From assembly GCA_003344405.1 (NCBI GenBank), contig NOWV01000187.1:62001-126000 (forward strand): a stretch of DNA of 64,000 nucleotides, in the 5' to 3' direction. Below the pieces are notes generated by a model. That model was not told where the DNA came from and did not search any database. It saw only the letters and a program-made list of their open reading frames with translations. The DNA is from Trichoplax sp. H2. Lineage: Eukaryota. Below, in pieces: positions 1 through 14,006 of the stretch (positions are counted from its first letter, which is position 1; every line of letters begins with the position of its first letter). A program made the translations under genes and the position numbers.

Positions 1-3000
1 TTTGGAATGTTAATTTTGGTTCATGAAGATTTCTAAATCAGGATTGCGTTCGATATAATAAACATTTTAATTAAAAGTAAATCATAAGAAAAATTATGAT
101 ATCCTCCTGTTAATTTCCTTTCTTTGTTTTTACTATCGTAATATAATCACAAATATTGACTTGAGCCTCAGTCCTAATTCGTTAATAATACGACGCTGGA
201 GTGATACACCGAAAAGTAATAAAGCTTTTAATACTTACCTCATTTGCCTTATAACTAGTGAAAAATTTTGACCTTAACATTTATAAAAAAGGAATTAATG
301 AAAAGATAAATTAGAGAGTTGCATTGCCTTAAATACAGTTTGATTCTAATTTATAAGCAACAAATTTACCAATAATCTTAGTCAATAAATTGCATCAGAA
401 CGAGAATGAATACTATTACATAAAAACAAAACATAGTTCGAAATTCTTACACCAGATCTTGCTACGCAGAATAATTCTGGCTCGGACGTCCGTAATAATA
501 TTTATAACGCAATTAATAAAGAGTAGGCAGTTGTGATTGAGCTGATGATTGCTGATTTGCAAGTCTTTAACCACACCATGAACGAACTGTTCAATGTAAT
601 TCTACTCAAATAACATGATGCTAAATTAAGTCTTAAATCAAAAATTGAAACTGTTGAAATTGAACTTTCAACAGAATGCTATGGCATAGTTATGTCTGTG
701 GATGAAAGGATATTCAAAATTGATGATGCTTTACCTGTTTTGATGTTATAAGCTTTCGAACTGCTTTTTCGCTTTCATTCGAATATAAGCATAATGCTGC
801 TATCAATTGATAGACAACTTTACGAATTGCCATATCTTCTGAACCTAAAACTATGGATTTATAAGTATAGAATTGCTTATTCATTCAAGACAGTGCTAAA
901 AGCTCTCTCAAATTTCTGGTTTTCTCAACATCACCGAGTTTAATTACTGTGTTAACATGACTAGCTGGCAATGCCGATAGAAGTATGTCAAGGCTAAATA
1001 GAATACAATAAGGCTACTTCCAATACACTTAATATTAGCTGTTACTACTTGATAATTATAATTAATCCAGTAACTTAATATCGAATTATAGGATCAAGAT
1101 ATAATGCACATATGTCAAGTTTGGACCATGTGTTTGTGATTAATCTTTATCAAATATCGGTCACAACAAAAAACAATAAAGACAACTCTCAACAATCTTT
1201 ATGAAAGAGCGGAAATCCCATAATGCAGTTTTTAAAGGCTAGGTAATTTATCTCTCTACGTGGTGTTAATTAATACCACTAGACGTTGTAGGAACTAAGA
1301 TCCTGATACGTAGTATAAAGCAGAGATGGTTAAAACCCTATTATCAGCCGCTATTCTACCGCTGTTTCGTTTTTTATGCAAACTACTCCAAAATTGACCT
1401 ATATTAACTATCTAATTTACTTTCGATCGAATAAGGACTGTACGTTTATACGTCTCATTCTTTATAGTTTTTAGATTTTCCAATCCTAGACAGTCCGTGC
1501 CTTACATAATGCTAGAATGACATAATTAGAAAAATGAAATATGGCTTCTGAAATTAATATTGGGTAATAGGCGCATATTTGTGCGGTAAATTGTCGCAAT
1601 TTGATAAAGAATTAGAAGTTATGATTGCTCAAAAACGCTTGAAATGAAGTAATATTTAAATGGCATTATGCGATTTAGTCATATACAGTACAAAAAAAAA
1701 ATTAAGAGTAATTTTACTAAAGAACGAATTTAATAGTTACGATTTGCTCATCAGAATAGTTTGAAATATGTCCGGCTTTTATTTGTATAGGAAGCAAACT
1801 CATATTACAAGGGACAAAATTAGAGGTACGATTTGTTTGGAGTAGCTTACAGTTTAAAATATGTCCGGTAATTTATCCGTACTAATTAAGAATTAATTCT
1901 AAATATAATAGATCAAATTAGAAATAGAACAGTAATTTAGTTAACACTGCTTGAGGCATGTTCTATAATTTATTTTTGTAACATGACTGATTGTAACTGT
2001 AAAAGTGTTCTTTAAATTTTGATATAGCGATTGCTCAAACTTGTTTAAAAGACATTCTATAATTTATTTTCCTAAAAAGACTGATTACAATAATAAAAAT
2101 GTTGGTTAAATTTAGACAATTGATAGCTAAAACTTGATTAAAAGACATTCTATAATATAGTTTATTTTCGTATAAAGACTATCTGTAACTGTAAAAGTGT
2201 TCTTTAAATTTAGATTAGGTGATTACTCAAACTTGCTTAAAAGACACTCTTTAACTCCAAATAACTATGTTAAATGGATTTGTTCAAATGCTATCGCTGT
2301 AGTATATGCTTCTTTCTTAGTATTAACTCGGTATTATAGCTACTTATTGGAACGCCATGACAAGATTAGATAAAAAGCCTTTGGTGATAATTGGAATTAA
2401 TCGGATGATCTTATGTCATTGATTAAGATTTTATTAAGTTAATTAAAAATGAGAACTGGGATGAACAAAAATTGTTTGCATTAATTATGTGCCATTAACC
2501 TAGTACAGCTAATTTGGATTATGTTTTTATATCATATTTTGAGAAAGTCAAAATGATTGAATATGTTAACTATCATTACACTTTAATTGGAACTTTTTCC
2601 TCATAGATGAATAAGGAATAAACTTTATCGATTCTGTAAACGAAACAGCTATCTAAAGTTATGTCGTAGTATAAGACTGCTACGGCAAATAACGAAGTAA
2701 CTTATTTCTGGCAAGCCTAGCTGCAGAAATTGTAACCAAAAACTACAAATTGAGTTACTAATGTATAGTATAGCGACGACATTCATCATACCTAAGAATT
2801 GTAATCGTCGTAAAGTTATAACACCCTACTACATACATAACATCATTAAAGTATTATTACAAATTATCAAAGTAAATAATGGAAACTACCATTATTTTAC
2901 GTATTTTCAAGCTGGCTATTCATGAGCAGATCCAATGTTAACATATGGTCTTGTAAATTGTAAGGGAAAAGTAAAAGTTAATAATAATTATAATTACATA

Positions 3001-4251
3001 ATTATTTTTAAATTGGATAATAAACTAGTATTACCTAAAGCTAAAATTAACACAATTTAGAAGCTTAATCAAAGTTTTAGAGATCAGAAAGAATGAGGTA
3101 TTCCTATTTCGTCAAAACATCTTGATTCAGCTATATTGACATAGTATAATAATATGAAAATGTAGTATAAATTTCCTAATTAATGAACCATAACGTCTTT
3201 AATAAGCAGTTAATTTATGTAAAGAAGGAATAGAATTAAATTAATTTTTCCCGTTTTCATCTCCTTCTTTTCTCTTGGGATCGATGCTTAAAAGTTATTA
3301 TAAATCGTATTATCTTCCGTTATTAAACTAAAAATTCGACGTAAAAATGTCTTGAAAAATAGGTTAATAATTATACTGTTAGTTACGATAAATATGCAAT
3401 AGTTTACTTATTAATGTGCAATTAAAATTGTGAAAAAATAGTTTGAAATTGTAGCATACAGTAAGAAGCTAAAACAAGATGTATTGTAATTCGTGAGTAC
3501 AAACAACAAAGAATCACTTTTATAGAGTAACTTAATGAGAATTGTGAATATTAAATTAAGGTCAAGATTTTCTTATGTACATCGAATAGACCTTAGACTG
3601 ATTCACTCAGCAATTACTTTAAAATAATTTTCTACTTAAACTTAAAAAGTTGAGAGTTTACATTAATTTTGGATGACCAGCAAGGTCTGAATTTAGTTCA
3701 ATGTTATTATTCGTTTTTTTAATTAATAATCTAGTTTGTGTACGCGTGCATAAAATAAGCGAACGCATAAATTTGACGACAGAAAGAAATCTAATATGGA
3801 GGGTATCAAATTACTGTTTCACGCAAATGTGATAGGCAAGGATTTCTTTTAAAGAAAGATAATAATTTTACAAATTGCGTGCAATTTAATCTTATTTGAA
3901 TTCGACTAGAAGTTACAGCTAGGAGAAATCAATCTATCAAGACTATTACTTACCCTGAAAAAGTTGCTGAATTAAAAAGTGATTGTGTGCTACGTGATCC
4001 ATTCCTAGCTGATGGTTCATTAGTAATTTAACACAAGCGATTGCAAGTTGTCCTTGGCCATCATTTTGACACGATAATGTAGTACAATTTGTTGTCATCC
4101 ATTGAAGGAGTTGAAATAACCCACCACGATGGATAAATGTTTCAATCCATACCTTATTTTTATTCGTTAATTCATCTTTAAGGCTATCTAATAGCATCAT
4201 TGAAGGATGCAGCTTGATAGAATCGATTAAAGTCGCCATCATTTCTTCCAT
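1..4251 (-). CDS. Formin, N-terminal GBD/DID(FH3) region, INF2-like; 5' part of gene, continues beyond the window start
   Basis: Exons 4251-3954 (…WIETFIHRGGLFQLL…CVKLLMNHQLGMDHV), 850-735 (VLGSEDMAIRKVVYQLIAALCLYSNES), 601-451 (CLLFINCVINIITDVRARIILRSKIW), 282-239 and 32-1 (RNLHEPKLTFQ) join in frame with GT-AG boundaries. They match the INF2/diaphanous DID pattern (KKQVFELLAALCIYS…INAVI…RARTQLRNEF). Confidence 0.85.
1950..2255. repeat. Diverged tandem repeat, ~95-bp unit x3, in formin intron
   Basis: TTCTATAAT…AAAAGTGTTCTTTAAATTT…CTCAAACTTG.TTAAAAGACA recurs at ~1961, 2055 and 2148, with a partial copy at 2247. Confidence 0.8.
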
Positions 4252-7200
4252 GATGGGTTTTGTATGCAGACAATGGACTGTTTTAACTTATCGGAAGGAA
4301 TTACTGTCGTCTTGAAATGACGATTTTCGACAACTCATTTCAGGATATATATAGAAGCCTTTTTATAATATCAAATATCGAATATGTTGGCTTGAGAAAT
4401 TGATTAGTGTTCAATTACTAACTGAACAAATACTAGTATCAATTAGCGTATATATTATATCATCACCGTGTCCTATCGACGCTTAATTGAATATTGAATT
4501 GGTCTAAATTAAGCAATTGAATGAAATAATCAATCAATGTGAAATTAAAGCTTGCAATTGTCAAAACGAAGAATGGTAAATAACAATATATTCAATAGAT
4601 TAAGCAAAATCTTTTAGGAAATATTTACTAATGACGACATAGAGCCGAGTAAGTTTATTATTGGAAAGTAAATAATACGTAAATTCGAGAGGACTCATAT
4701 TAAATCTATTACGAAATATTTCCTAGTTTTGATAAAAACTAGAATGAACGATCGTGCCTATTGTGAGTATTGTCAGATCCAAATGCTATTAGAAATTACA
4801 CAGGTAGTATACGTAGGAGATAGAGAGGTACGGCTACACTGTAACTTACATGTTACCAATTTCATCATTAAAAATAACGTCTGCAGACTAAAATCGTTGT
4901 GTCAAGGTATGTGCTATAAATCAGCCATCTTCTACGGACTTACGTAGCACATATATTTCTATCCATCAATAATAATTTGATTATTCCCTCCAAACTTTAT
5001 GATTAATTTGTGGTTACACGCATATACTGATTTAGTGCCGATGTATTATATTATCAATTCCGGATGGATGATGCCGAAGCAAATTGGTTATAATTAATCA
5101 CGGAACCTAGAAATATTGGACTTACAGCAGTTCTTCAGTGTATAGTATTGAGGTATAATCGTTCTTAAATCTCGGTAGATTAAAGAAATGATATATAATT
5201 GCATATTACGGAACTACGTTTCCAATATTCAACTAAGAGCTATATTTTAAGTGGTATAATTTCTTTTAGTATTTAAGTTAATAGTACGATTTGACAAAGT
5301 TACAATCTGTCATGTTTGTAATGCTTTAGCTACGTTGACCTCCTTTGATTGTTCACTTGCTTTATGCTATCTTATTTGAAGTCTAAAAATAAAAGCTAGT
5401 TATTGCTTTTTCTTTTTGTTATACATTGCTAGTGAGAACTACTAAAATAAAGTCGTAACATAAAGTAAGTTGTACTTTTAGAGACTGTTCTTTTGAGTCT
5501 ATTTAGGAGGGTAGTTCTAGATTATGCCGCTTAGACAGTTGTGATACGGCACTAGATACAAATTGAAGCCGATATTAGAAAGACAATTTATAGTAATTTT
5601 ATTTTAATGCAAGTCATGGAGACGTGTCTTTTGCTTTTTATGATAAATTATACAGCAGTTGATTCGTATGTTTAAATTCATCAATTGATATCTTACTATT
5701 CACTCCAGTTATTGCAAGCAGCTCCATTGCATGATAAAATATCAGGTTACATTTATCTATCTCGTATTGCGGGCTTTTTAAAGTTAAAATATAAAATTAC
5801 TGCTTATGTCATCGCTAATGAAAAGTTCTAGATTTAATACGATACTTTTATTTGTCTCTATGAGCAGTACAATAATCATTCCTTACGCGATGGAGTTAGC
5901 ACGATCAATCAGTATGGTACCTAATATACTAGCCACTGATGGGTGTTATATGACAAATTTACGGAAATGCTATTCTACTGCATACTATGAATTTCAAGAT
6001 ACACATATTCCAAGATAAGGTAAGGCATTTTTGACTGGTAATTCAACAGTCAATAATTTCAACATTAAACAATATTATTGCAATTTCGGGGAACATTGCC
6101 ATTGATTCATGACATAAGACGAAAAAGGGACAATATCAAGAAATTTACTAACGTTTAAGAATAGCGATAGGCTCGTAAAACTAAACTTACATATACTACG
6201 GCAACATTGTACTATGGTATCATTGATAATTTGTGCATTCTGTTATAAATTGACGTAATCGTATATAAGGTATTCTTGTTCCATAGTGCATAATAGTATA
6301 AGTGTAGGCGAAGCTGAAAATGGTAAAATACGTAGAATTCACATGCCCTACGTAATTCGAAAGGACCGATAGCTTAATTAGGAAATTGTAGAAAAAAATA
6401 TCATACAAGATAGACCACAAACGATGATCACATGAAATAATTGTTTATTTGTAAATAATCATTAATTGGTGTAAACTGCTTCAATTGCTACATTATAATT
6501 CCTTGTACGTATATGTTGCAGAATATTAATTACAGCAATGACTTTGCAGATCTGTAATTTAAATATAGTACTTTCAGGCTTCGTCGCTGTAACTTCGTAT
6601 AAGATTTTTCGTAATCTACGCTAAAATTACTCATCGAACTTCATTTACTATTTACCTAACTTTCGCAAGTATCCGTGCTACACCTTGTATGACTTTTTCA
6701 ACACTATACCTTTTACAAGCACAAACGCAGTACATATTGTACGTCGAAGCCTACCGTATTTCGAGGAATTTTTAGGCATAGTGACTTGCATACAGCTAGC
6801 TTTCTGGAAGCATAGGTGCGTGCTACAAGAGTATCTCCAGGGATTGGAACCATCTGGAGTGATTACTTGCTTGACCTAGTACAGCGTAAGATTCTTTGAC
6901 TCCTATTCGCACTGTTCGATAAAGAATACGGAGTACACAACAAATACAAGTATAGTCACTTGTTTAAAACTCAAAAGCAGTGGATATTTAATTAAGTGGA
7001 CATCATAAAATTATTACACCTGTCGCATGTATATCGCCGAACCACAATGTATTGGTTATAGCTTATTTTATTATAAGATAGGCCGTATTCACAATCATTC
7101 CTCTTTCATAGGAATCTGAAAATGATATTGTTTACAAGCAATATGAAGAAGTATATCGTGGTAAATAAATGTTTATAGACCAATTGAGTCTTGAATATAC

Positions 7201-7319
7201 TAGTTTCGATTACGAAATAGCAGTTACATTTTTCGATAAACACGAATATAAATGCAATTATTAGTAACATGATAAATACCCTTCCAAGCATGAAGATGCG
7301 ATGGTAACCCACTGCCGTA

Positions 7320-8924
7320 ACCTTAGCATGTCAGTACCTTATCGCACCTAGCAATTTATAAATTATTCCTTTTTTTAACATCATAGTAATATATACAATT
7401 CAATAATCTGTTTCTGCCACTTTGATACTATTTTTCCTGTAAGAATACACTACCTAGAATAAATCAAATTTGGTAGTATAATTGACATACGTCTGTCTAT
7501 AAATCTTTCGGCAACAAAAGACTTATCATTCATCCCACCAAGAGTAACAGATTGCCACGATTTCAATAAGCAGAGCGTAGCAGCCGTTAACCTGTGAAAC
7601 ATAATAACTCTAAATATTCAATTTCAATCAGGCATAATAATATGTTTACTATTGTACGTATGTCATCGATCAAGGCATAGTGGTAGTCTTACAAATTATG
7701 GTAAACATCTTTGTGATTGAACAGTCTAAGGTGCAAACTAATTCTATAAGACATATAGCACAATCATTGAGCATAATCGTTCCGTGTAGAGTACAATCAA
7801 TACTTTACTATGCAGAACTAGGAAAGATTACAAAATGATACAAGAATAAAAAAAAAGCACGCTTGATAAGGCTTAGACAAGAAATGACCTAAGCGTACCG
7901 TGTGAAATGTTCAAATGGGAACGATTAAAGATAACTGTGTGCAAAATACGATTCCAACAGGCTGCTTTAGTCCAGGCCATGCAAGGCAGCATACTGGCTA
8001 ACGAGGTACTCATAACCAAATATATCATCGTCATCATTAACTGGATCATTTTCATGTTGGGAAAATATATATTGCGTTGTGTTGTAGGGTGTCATCCATG
8101 GATGTCTTACTAGTGGTATTTCAGGTTCAGGACCAGAGAAAGTGTCACCAAAACATTCGTCCGATGATTCACTGGTTGCATTTGCAACAGTATATTTGCT
8201 ATCGAGGTTAGTGGAAAAAAATGCATCTACATCACCGTTATTATCACATGCTTGTATAGTCGAGTTGTCTTGCAGTGCACTTTTCAATTTACGCTTGGGC
8301 GGTTGTTCATTATTTTCTTCTATAGGACTGTCGTCTTGCTCTTGACCATAACCAATTTTACGCTTTGTCGTATGAACGAAACGGCTGGACGAGTTCCAAC
8401 ATTGATTTGCGTTACTAGTATAGCTGCTTGAATCATTGCTAATACCGTATTCCGGTAGTACTGGTGTTACGGAGTCTTGAGTATTGAGGCAATTGTCATC
8501 AGGAAGTTGGCATTGCTTTACTTTCCTAAGATCAACTACTTCTTCATTAGTCATTACGCTAACTTGGATCATTACGTCACTGCTACGCATAGGGACTTAA
8601 CAAGACGGGTGTTTTAAGAATCTTAAAACTGCGGTCAATGTAATTGGCAATAAAGTAAGGACGAAATTGCCTCTATCCTACACTTTTCAATCCTTCAAAG
8701 AAATGACCAACAATATCAACGCAACCTATCGAGTCACTAAATGGATGACAGTTGCTAGGAATTTTCTGGAGTTTGTCTAAATTTACAGTGTGAAAGTGAC
8801 TGCAAAAAGACTGAAAAAAAAGACTGGATGCTAAACTGAACAATACTGAAGTCAAGCAAGGGAGATAGCCAAGTTTGCTATCCAAAATGGACGTTAAGAT
8901 CACTGTCAAGTAAAAGATTTTCAA
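7320..8924 (-). pseudogene. Unknown, probably decayed gene containing a 207-codon low-complexity ORF (7967-8590)
   Basis: Long acidic/Ser-rich ORF with a KRK-type basic patch. Open stretches upstream (8673-8924, then past TAG: RQFRPYFIANYIDRSFK) and a clean AG/GT-bounded downstream exon (~7591-7491, LTAATLCLLKSWQSVTLGG…) cannot be joined without stops or frameshifts. No family recognised. Confidence 0.35.
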
Positions 8925-9117
8925 TGTACAGGACAGTGAAATACTGAATGGAAATTATCTTTACAGTTAATGGGTGGATAACTACCTTGAAGTTGCTGTT
9001 GAAACTTTTTACGGTTGACGTGTCAGCGTGTCGACCTCCTCGGTGGCGTGTTGCAATAAGAATGAGGCGACGTTAGACAGTGTAGGTTGTCTTATAGTTT
9101 TTTTCTTCATCTCTATG

Positions 9118-10490
9118 GTACTGTACTGTGCTGTACGGTACTGTATTTGGCAGTGTTGTGCGTAGTGTAGTGTACTGTACAGTGTACAGTACACTACACT
9201 ACAGTACAATAGTAGAAAATTGGAGAGTTTTTTTAACCGCGTGGTAACTGGAACTGTACAGTACTGTACATCGTACTGGACATTGGGGACTACTGGGTTC
9301 TCTAGGGACCGCTAAAGACTCTTTCTTTTGCTTTACAGTGATTCGTCTGAGTGATACCTTAGCGTGTACGACAACGAGACGTTTCCAACGTTTGCAGAAC
9401 GTTGTTTTTTTACTGTAAAGATGGACTTATTAATATGGTTGCTAAAACAAACACTTTACAGTACAGTACACTGTACAATGTACAGTATTGTATTGTAGTT
9501 TTTGCTGATGAAGCTGATGATGATTGATGACTTGCAATCCAAATATAGTAACTTATAGTATAATCCATTCAATACAATGCACTGTATTACTGTACTGTAC
9601 AGTACACCCTGGTCCCGGTTACAACAACATTACAGTACAGAACAGTGCATGAGTGTACTGTACTGTACAGTACAGTACAGTACAATACTGTACAGTATGC
9701 GGTACAATACGTACAGTACAGTACTGTATTCCTTTAACACGTGATCCAATCCATGGGTACAAAATGGATGGCAAATGCGTGGTTAGAGACTTGTAAGAGT
9801 ATTAGTCTTGGAAACCCCTGGTTTTAATATGTACGATTAGTGGGTAACTTTCTACAATAAGAGACCTACTGTACTGTATGTGTACAGTACATATGTTCAT
9901 AACGATTGGTCTTTTGGGGCGTTTTCCTCGTAGTTTTTACTACAGTATTCAAACATACAGTACAATACTGTATGGAAGAAAACGGATCACATTGAGTACA
10001 GTACAGTATGGTACAGTACTGTAATGTACTGTATCAGAGACTAAAACAGTACAGTACTGTACTGTACAGCACAATATAAAGAAAAGAGAGGTTGCTCTCT
10101 TTTCTTCCGACTTTACAGTACAATGTACTGTAGTAAGAAAGAAAGATCCAACGACTGTACAGTACTGTACTGTACTGTACACAAAAAGAAATACGATACA
10201 GTACACTACTGTACTGTACTACTGTACTGTACTCTCTAAAAAAAGGGTCTCTACTGTACAGTGTACACTGTACAGTACTGTACATGTACGGTCGCGGCTG
10301 TCGCAGTCATGGACGGACGGAATAGACTACTACAGCAGAGTACAGTACTGTATTGGTATTACTACCATTGCCATGGTACCGTCGTATGTGGTACTGCGCA
10401 GTAGTGACCACTCGATCGTTCGTATTTGTGTAGCAACGTCCAAAACACATCTAAACAATCTTGTCGCGCTTGTACTGTACACTCTACTGT
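9118..10490. repeat. (CAGTA)n/(TACTG)n low-complexity palindromic island
   Basis: Dense TACTG/CAGTA pentamer tracts, including the perfect 26-bp palindrome TGTACTGTACTGTACAGTACAGTACA at 9654-9679. Confidence 0.9.
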
Positions 10491-10658
10491 TATATGTAGA
10501 CGCTCATTGGCGCAGTCATTCATATCTGGAAAGTGGCTGACTCTTGCTCTTACCATTGGTTAACGATCCACAGGTACAAATTCAAATTGGACGATTGATT
10601 GATTAACCAGCTTGGAGATGAAGTCCAATTGTACGGATTCAAGCGGTCAAAGATGACA

Positions 10659-11250
10659 ATCTGTATCTTGATTAGTTTTTTGAGCTTACTACGTTCTCTA
10701 GCGGTAAAGTTCCTAATTACTGGTTGAAAATGAACAATTTGCGATGTAGTCGTTAACGTTGGAGAATAGCTGATAGCTTTACTCCAGTTCACTATTCTAA
10801 CATTGGCAGTCTAATCAAGCATGCAAGCTAATTGATCACGATACTACAGTACACAGTAGACCATCTGTATCTTGAGCTTACTACGTTCTCTAGCGGTAAA
10901 GTTCGTAATTACTGGTTGAAAATGAACAATTTGCCATGTAGTCGTTAACGTTGAAGAATAGCTGATAGCTTTACTCCAGTTCACTGTTCTAACATTGGCA
11001 GTCTAATCAAGCATGCAAGCTAATTGATCACGATACTACAGTACACAGTAGACCATCTGTATCTTGATTAGTTTCTTGAGCTTACTACGTTCTCTAGCGG
11101 TAAAGTTCGTAATTACTGGTTGAAAATGAACAATTTGCGATGTAGTCGTTAACGTTGGAGAATAGCTGATAGCTTTACTCCAGTTCACTGTTCTAACATT
11201 GGCAGTCTAATCAAGCATGCAAGCTAATTGATCACGATACTACCGTACAC
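10659..11250. repeat. Tandem repeat, ~200-bp unit x3, upstream of TXNDC9
   Basis: Near-identical units start ATCTGTATCTTG at 10659, 10863 and 11055 (periods 204 and 192; copy 2 has a 12-bp deletion). Confidence 0.95.
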
Positions 11251-11549
11251 TCCGTGGCTGATAGCCACAACTGCACTACAGTACTTGCTCAACCCGTTTG
11301 ATGCAGTCATCATGTCACTAGATAAAGTACAGGATAGTAGCACACCTTATTTGTCACTTTGATAGACTGATTCTATACAACAGTACTCTAAAATTATCAC
11401 AGTACATAAATACATGTACTATCGATGTTATTGGGTTGCTTGTTAACGTATTCTACCAATTTCATTCATTTTGTAGAAATTTTTTTCCAATTTTGATCAT
11501 TACTTCACTGCTGAATCTATCATTTGACCTCGTCCTCTCAAATATCAAC

Positions 11550-12203
11550 ATGGCACAAAACTTAGAAAATATTTTCCAAGATCATTTATTAAGGGCAACC
11601 AAGATGGTTGAAGATCAGGTCGATGCTGAGCTGCATCGATTAGAGACCTTGGATGAAGATGAATTAGAAACCATCAGAGCGAAAAGACTCGAACAAATGA
11701 AGAAGCTAAACGCTCAAAAGCAAGAATGGTTTTCTCAAGGCCATGGCTCGTATTCGGAAGTTGCTGACGAAAAAGAATTTTTCCAGGCTACCAAAAAGAG
11801 CTTTCGTCTTATTTGCCATTTTTATCGTGATAGCACCTTTAGGTGCAAAATTGTTGATAAACATTTAGCTGAATTAGCCCCCAAGCATGTTGAAACTAGA
11901 TTTATAAAGATCAACGTGGAAAAAGCACACTTTTTGGTTGAGAGATTAAAAGTCAAAATGCTACCTACCATTGTATTAATTAAGGATGGCAAAACTGTAG
12001 ATAGAATAATTGGTTTCGACGAATTAGGAGGTACCGATGAATTTTCAAATGAAATGATGGAATGGAGGATCGCTAGAGCTGAAGTGATAAATTACAGTGG
12101 TAATATTTATGAGCCACCAACCACTGATTCTAAAAAATCAATTCATTTTGCGGTCAACAAAACTATTCGCTCCCAGGAAGATGATTTCTCCGACGATGAT
12201 TAA
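11550..12203 (+). CDS. TXNDC9: Thioredoxin domain-containing protein 9 / phosducin-like protein 3
   Basis: Single-exon 217-aa ORF from ATG 11550, with GHGSYSEV…CHFYRDSTFRCKIVDKHLAELAPKHVETRFIKINVEKAHFLVERLKVKMLPT…IIGFDELGGTDEF, typical of PhLP3. Confidence 0.95.
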   Translation: MAQNLENIFQDHLLRATKMVEDQVDAELHRLETLDEDELETIRAKRLEQMKKLNAQKQEWFSQGHGSYSEVADEKEFFQATKKSFRLICHFYRDSTFRCKIVDKHLAELAPKHVETRFIKINVEKAHFLVERLKVKMLPTIVLIKDGKTVDRIIGFDELGGTDEFSNEMMEWRIARAEVINYSGNIYEPPTTDSKKSIHFAVNKTIRSQEDDFSDDD

Positions 12204-12329
12204 CTACACAATACTGTAATATATTAACCCTTAATATCTTTCTTTTGCTTCTGTGTATGAAATAGCTGTACGCGTATACAGTACCTAAATCGCAACTCTA
12301 TGTATAGTAGTTAACCGTCGTCTTGTCAA

Positions 12330-13815
12330 TTTAATTTACAGAGCCTTACTGGCCATAAACTCAGCCTGATCGGCTCTTCTGTTTGGTTATCTAGTAATAA
12401 GTTTGCTTTTGCAGTTATAATAATTCTAAGATGGCGTTATTTGCGATTTCTTTATTCATTAATCCATGCCACTGTTGAGTTGGACATCAATCGTCAACCT
12501 CTGTATGGCTTCAGGATTTTATTAATTCATCAATTTTACCTAAAATAGACTCTGCAGAAGCGAGCAAGTGATGCTAAAATAGGGATTAAGTATAGTGATA
12601 TGCTCCTTGATTTCGCGTCATTTCTTTGTAGAGACGTTAAGAAAATAGCTTGTGGACTTCAAATACCCATTTTGACGGTGTCTACGCGTAAAGGGATGTC
12701 GTCTTAATAATCTGTTATGAGACAATCAGATAAATAGAATATTTATAGAGATTGCATTCATAACGAATTGATATGAATAATTATAATTTAAATTTACAGT
12801 AGACCATGTGCATGATGCACTTCTATATAGTACAGTAATAGTGATGATAACGAAAGAATTCATTTTATCCTAGCATCATGTTTACGGATTAAATTCATTT
12901 TTTTTGCGATCGTTGTACTATAACGTCTAGTATAACTTCACCCATTCAATCATCTTTGCTTTACAACACAGCCAAGCAATGTGCTTGTTGCATTATATAG
13001 AATTATAATTCGTTACTTATTGTACAAAATGTTAAAATCTCCTCAGATTAATTATATTATATTGTATCTTTCTAACATAATACTCGTATAGCAATGCCTG
13101 CAGTAGTAGAAGTATGAATGTATTTATTTCATTTCATGATTAAGGCTCTCAGTAGCCTTTGTCTGATGGAGAGAAATTTCGATTTACCATATCAGGCTTC
13201 ATGGGATTGCGTAGGATACGAGTCATGATATTTGAAATAAAAATTAAAGGTCAAAGATGGATGACTTACTGCGTTAATAGATCTGAATAAGTTTAATAAA
13301 TCAATTGCTTTTAAATTAGGGCACCGTGACCGTGCATGCATGATTCAAAAGTATCATCATAATAATACTGTCATAACTAATCCATGAAAAGTCATCATAT
13401 TGATTGAAGAGCCAACTTGTGACAGTGATAGATTATATAACATGGTTAAAAGTACAAATATGCTATACTAGTCAAAGTATAACGACCGAATGATCCATAG
13501 AGTCAAGAGGTAAGATCGGCCAGTAATTAATTCAATAAATAATGTACAATTATGGACTACCAGCAGACCTAATCTTTCTAGAGTCTGCACTCTTGATGCA
13601 ACTACTTTCGTCGCGGTTTTGTGTGCACACTGTACAGTGTACAGTCTATTACCCATATATCCACAATGTCAAAAGAAATTGGAAACTAGAAGACTCGTGC
13701 ACTCTATGAATTTAGGAGGCGGAAGGGACGAAATCATATTAGGAGCAAATTCTTACAGCAGAACGATTTGTATTTATGAAGGCTTTCGCGGCATGGCTAC
13801 CGCTCCATCTTCATT
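12330..13815 (-). pseudogene. Probable F-box/leucine-rich-repeat (FBXL-type) pseudogene
   Basis: Minus-strand fragments in the expected order: SSLPP…/ARVF*F, then VVASRV/(C)RL*KD*VC (F-box 'SRVCRLWKDL' with a 2-nt deletion and TAG stops), LWIIRSLYFD, SRCPNLKAIDLLNL ending at a GTAAGT donor (~13270), and IANNAILELL/NCKS. Multiple stops and frameshifts. Confidence 0.5.
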
Positions 13816-13992
13816 TACAGTTAGCAGTCGCTGTTCTACTGCCCATACAGTACTAACTGTATCTACCGTCCAGTACGATGACAGCATGACGGTTGTAATC
13901 TGGCCCAGTCACGCTACAGTACAGTAGCTTGCTTGGATAAAACACGGACATACAGATATACCGACGGCAAAGGTCGCGCATAAATTAAACGG

Positions 13993-14006
13993 TTTTCCCG
14001 CCAAAA
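13993..14006 (+). promoter_or_regulatory. E2F-type binding site
   Basis: TTTTCCCGCCAAAA matches the extended E2F consensus TTTSSCGCCAAA. It lies ~180 bp upstream of the F-box/LRR remnant. Confidence 0.45.

Noticed and set aside
9009-10285. Short ORFs rich in YSTVQ/YCTV
   Set aside because: Translation artefacts of the pentamer tracts; the same applies at 24.4-24.8, 44-45.7 and 54-55 kb.
11436-11549. N-terminal extension of the TXNDC9 ORF
   Set aside because: It starts at a non-ATG codon; family similarity begins at ATG 11550.
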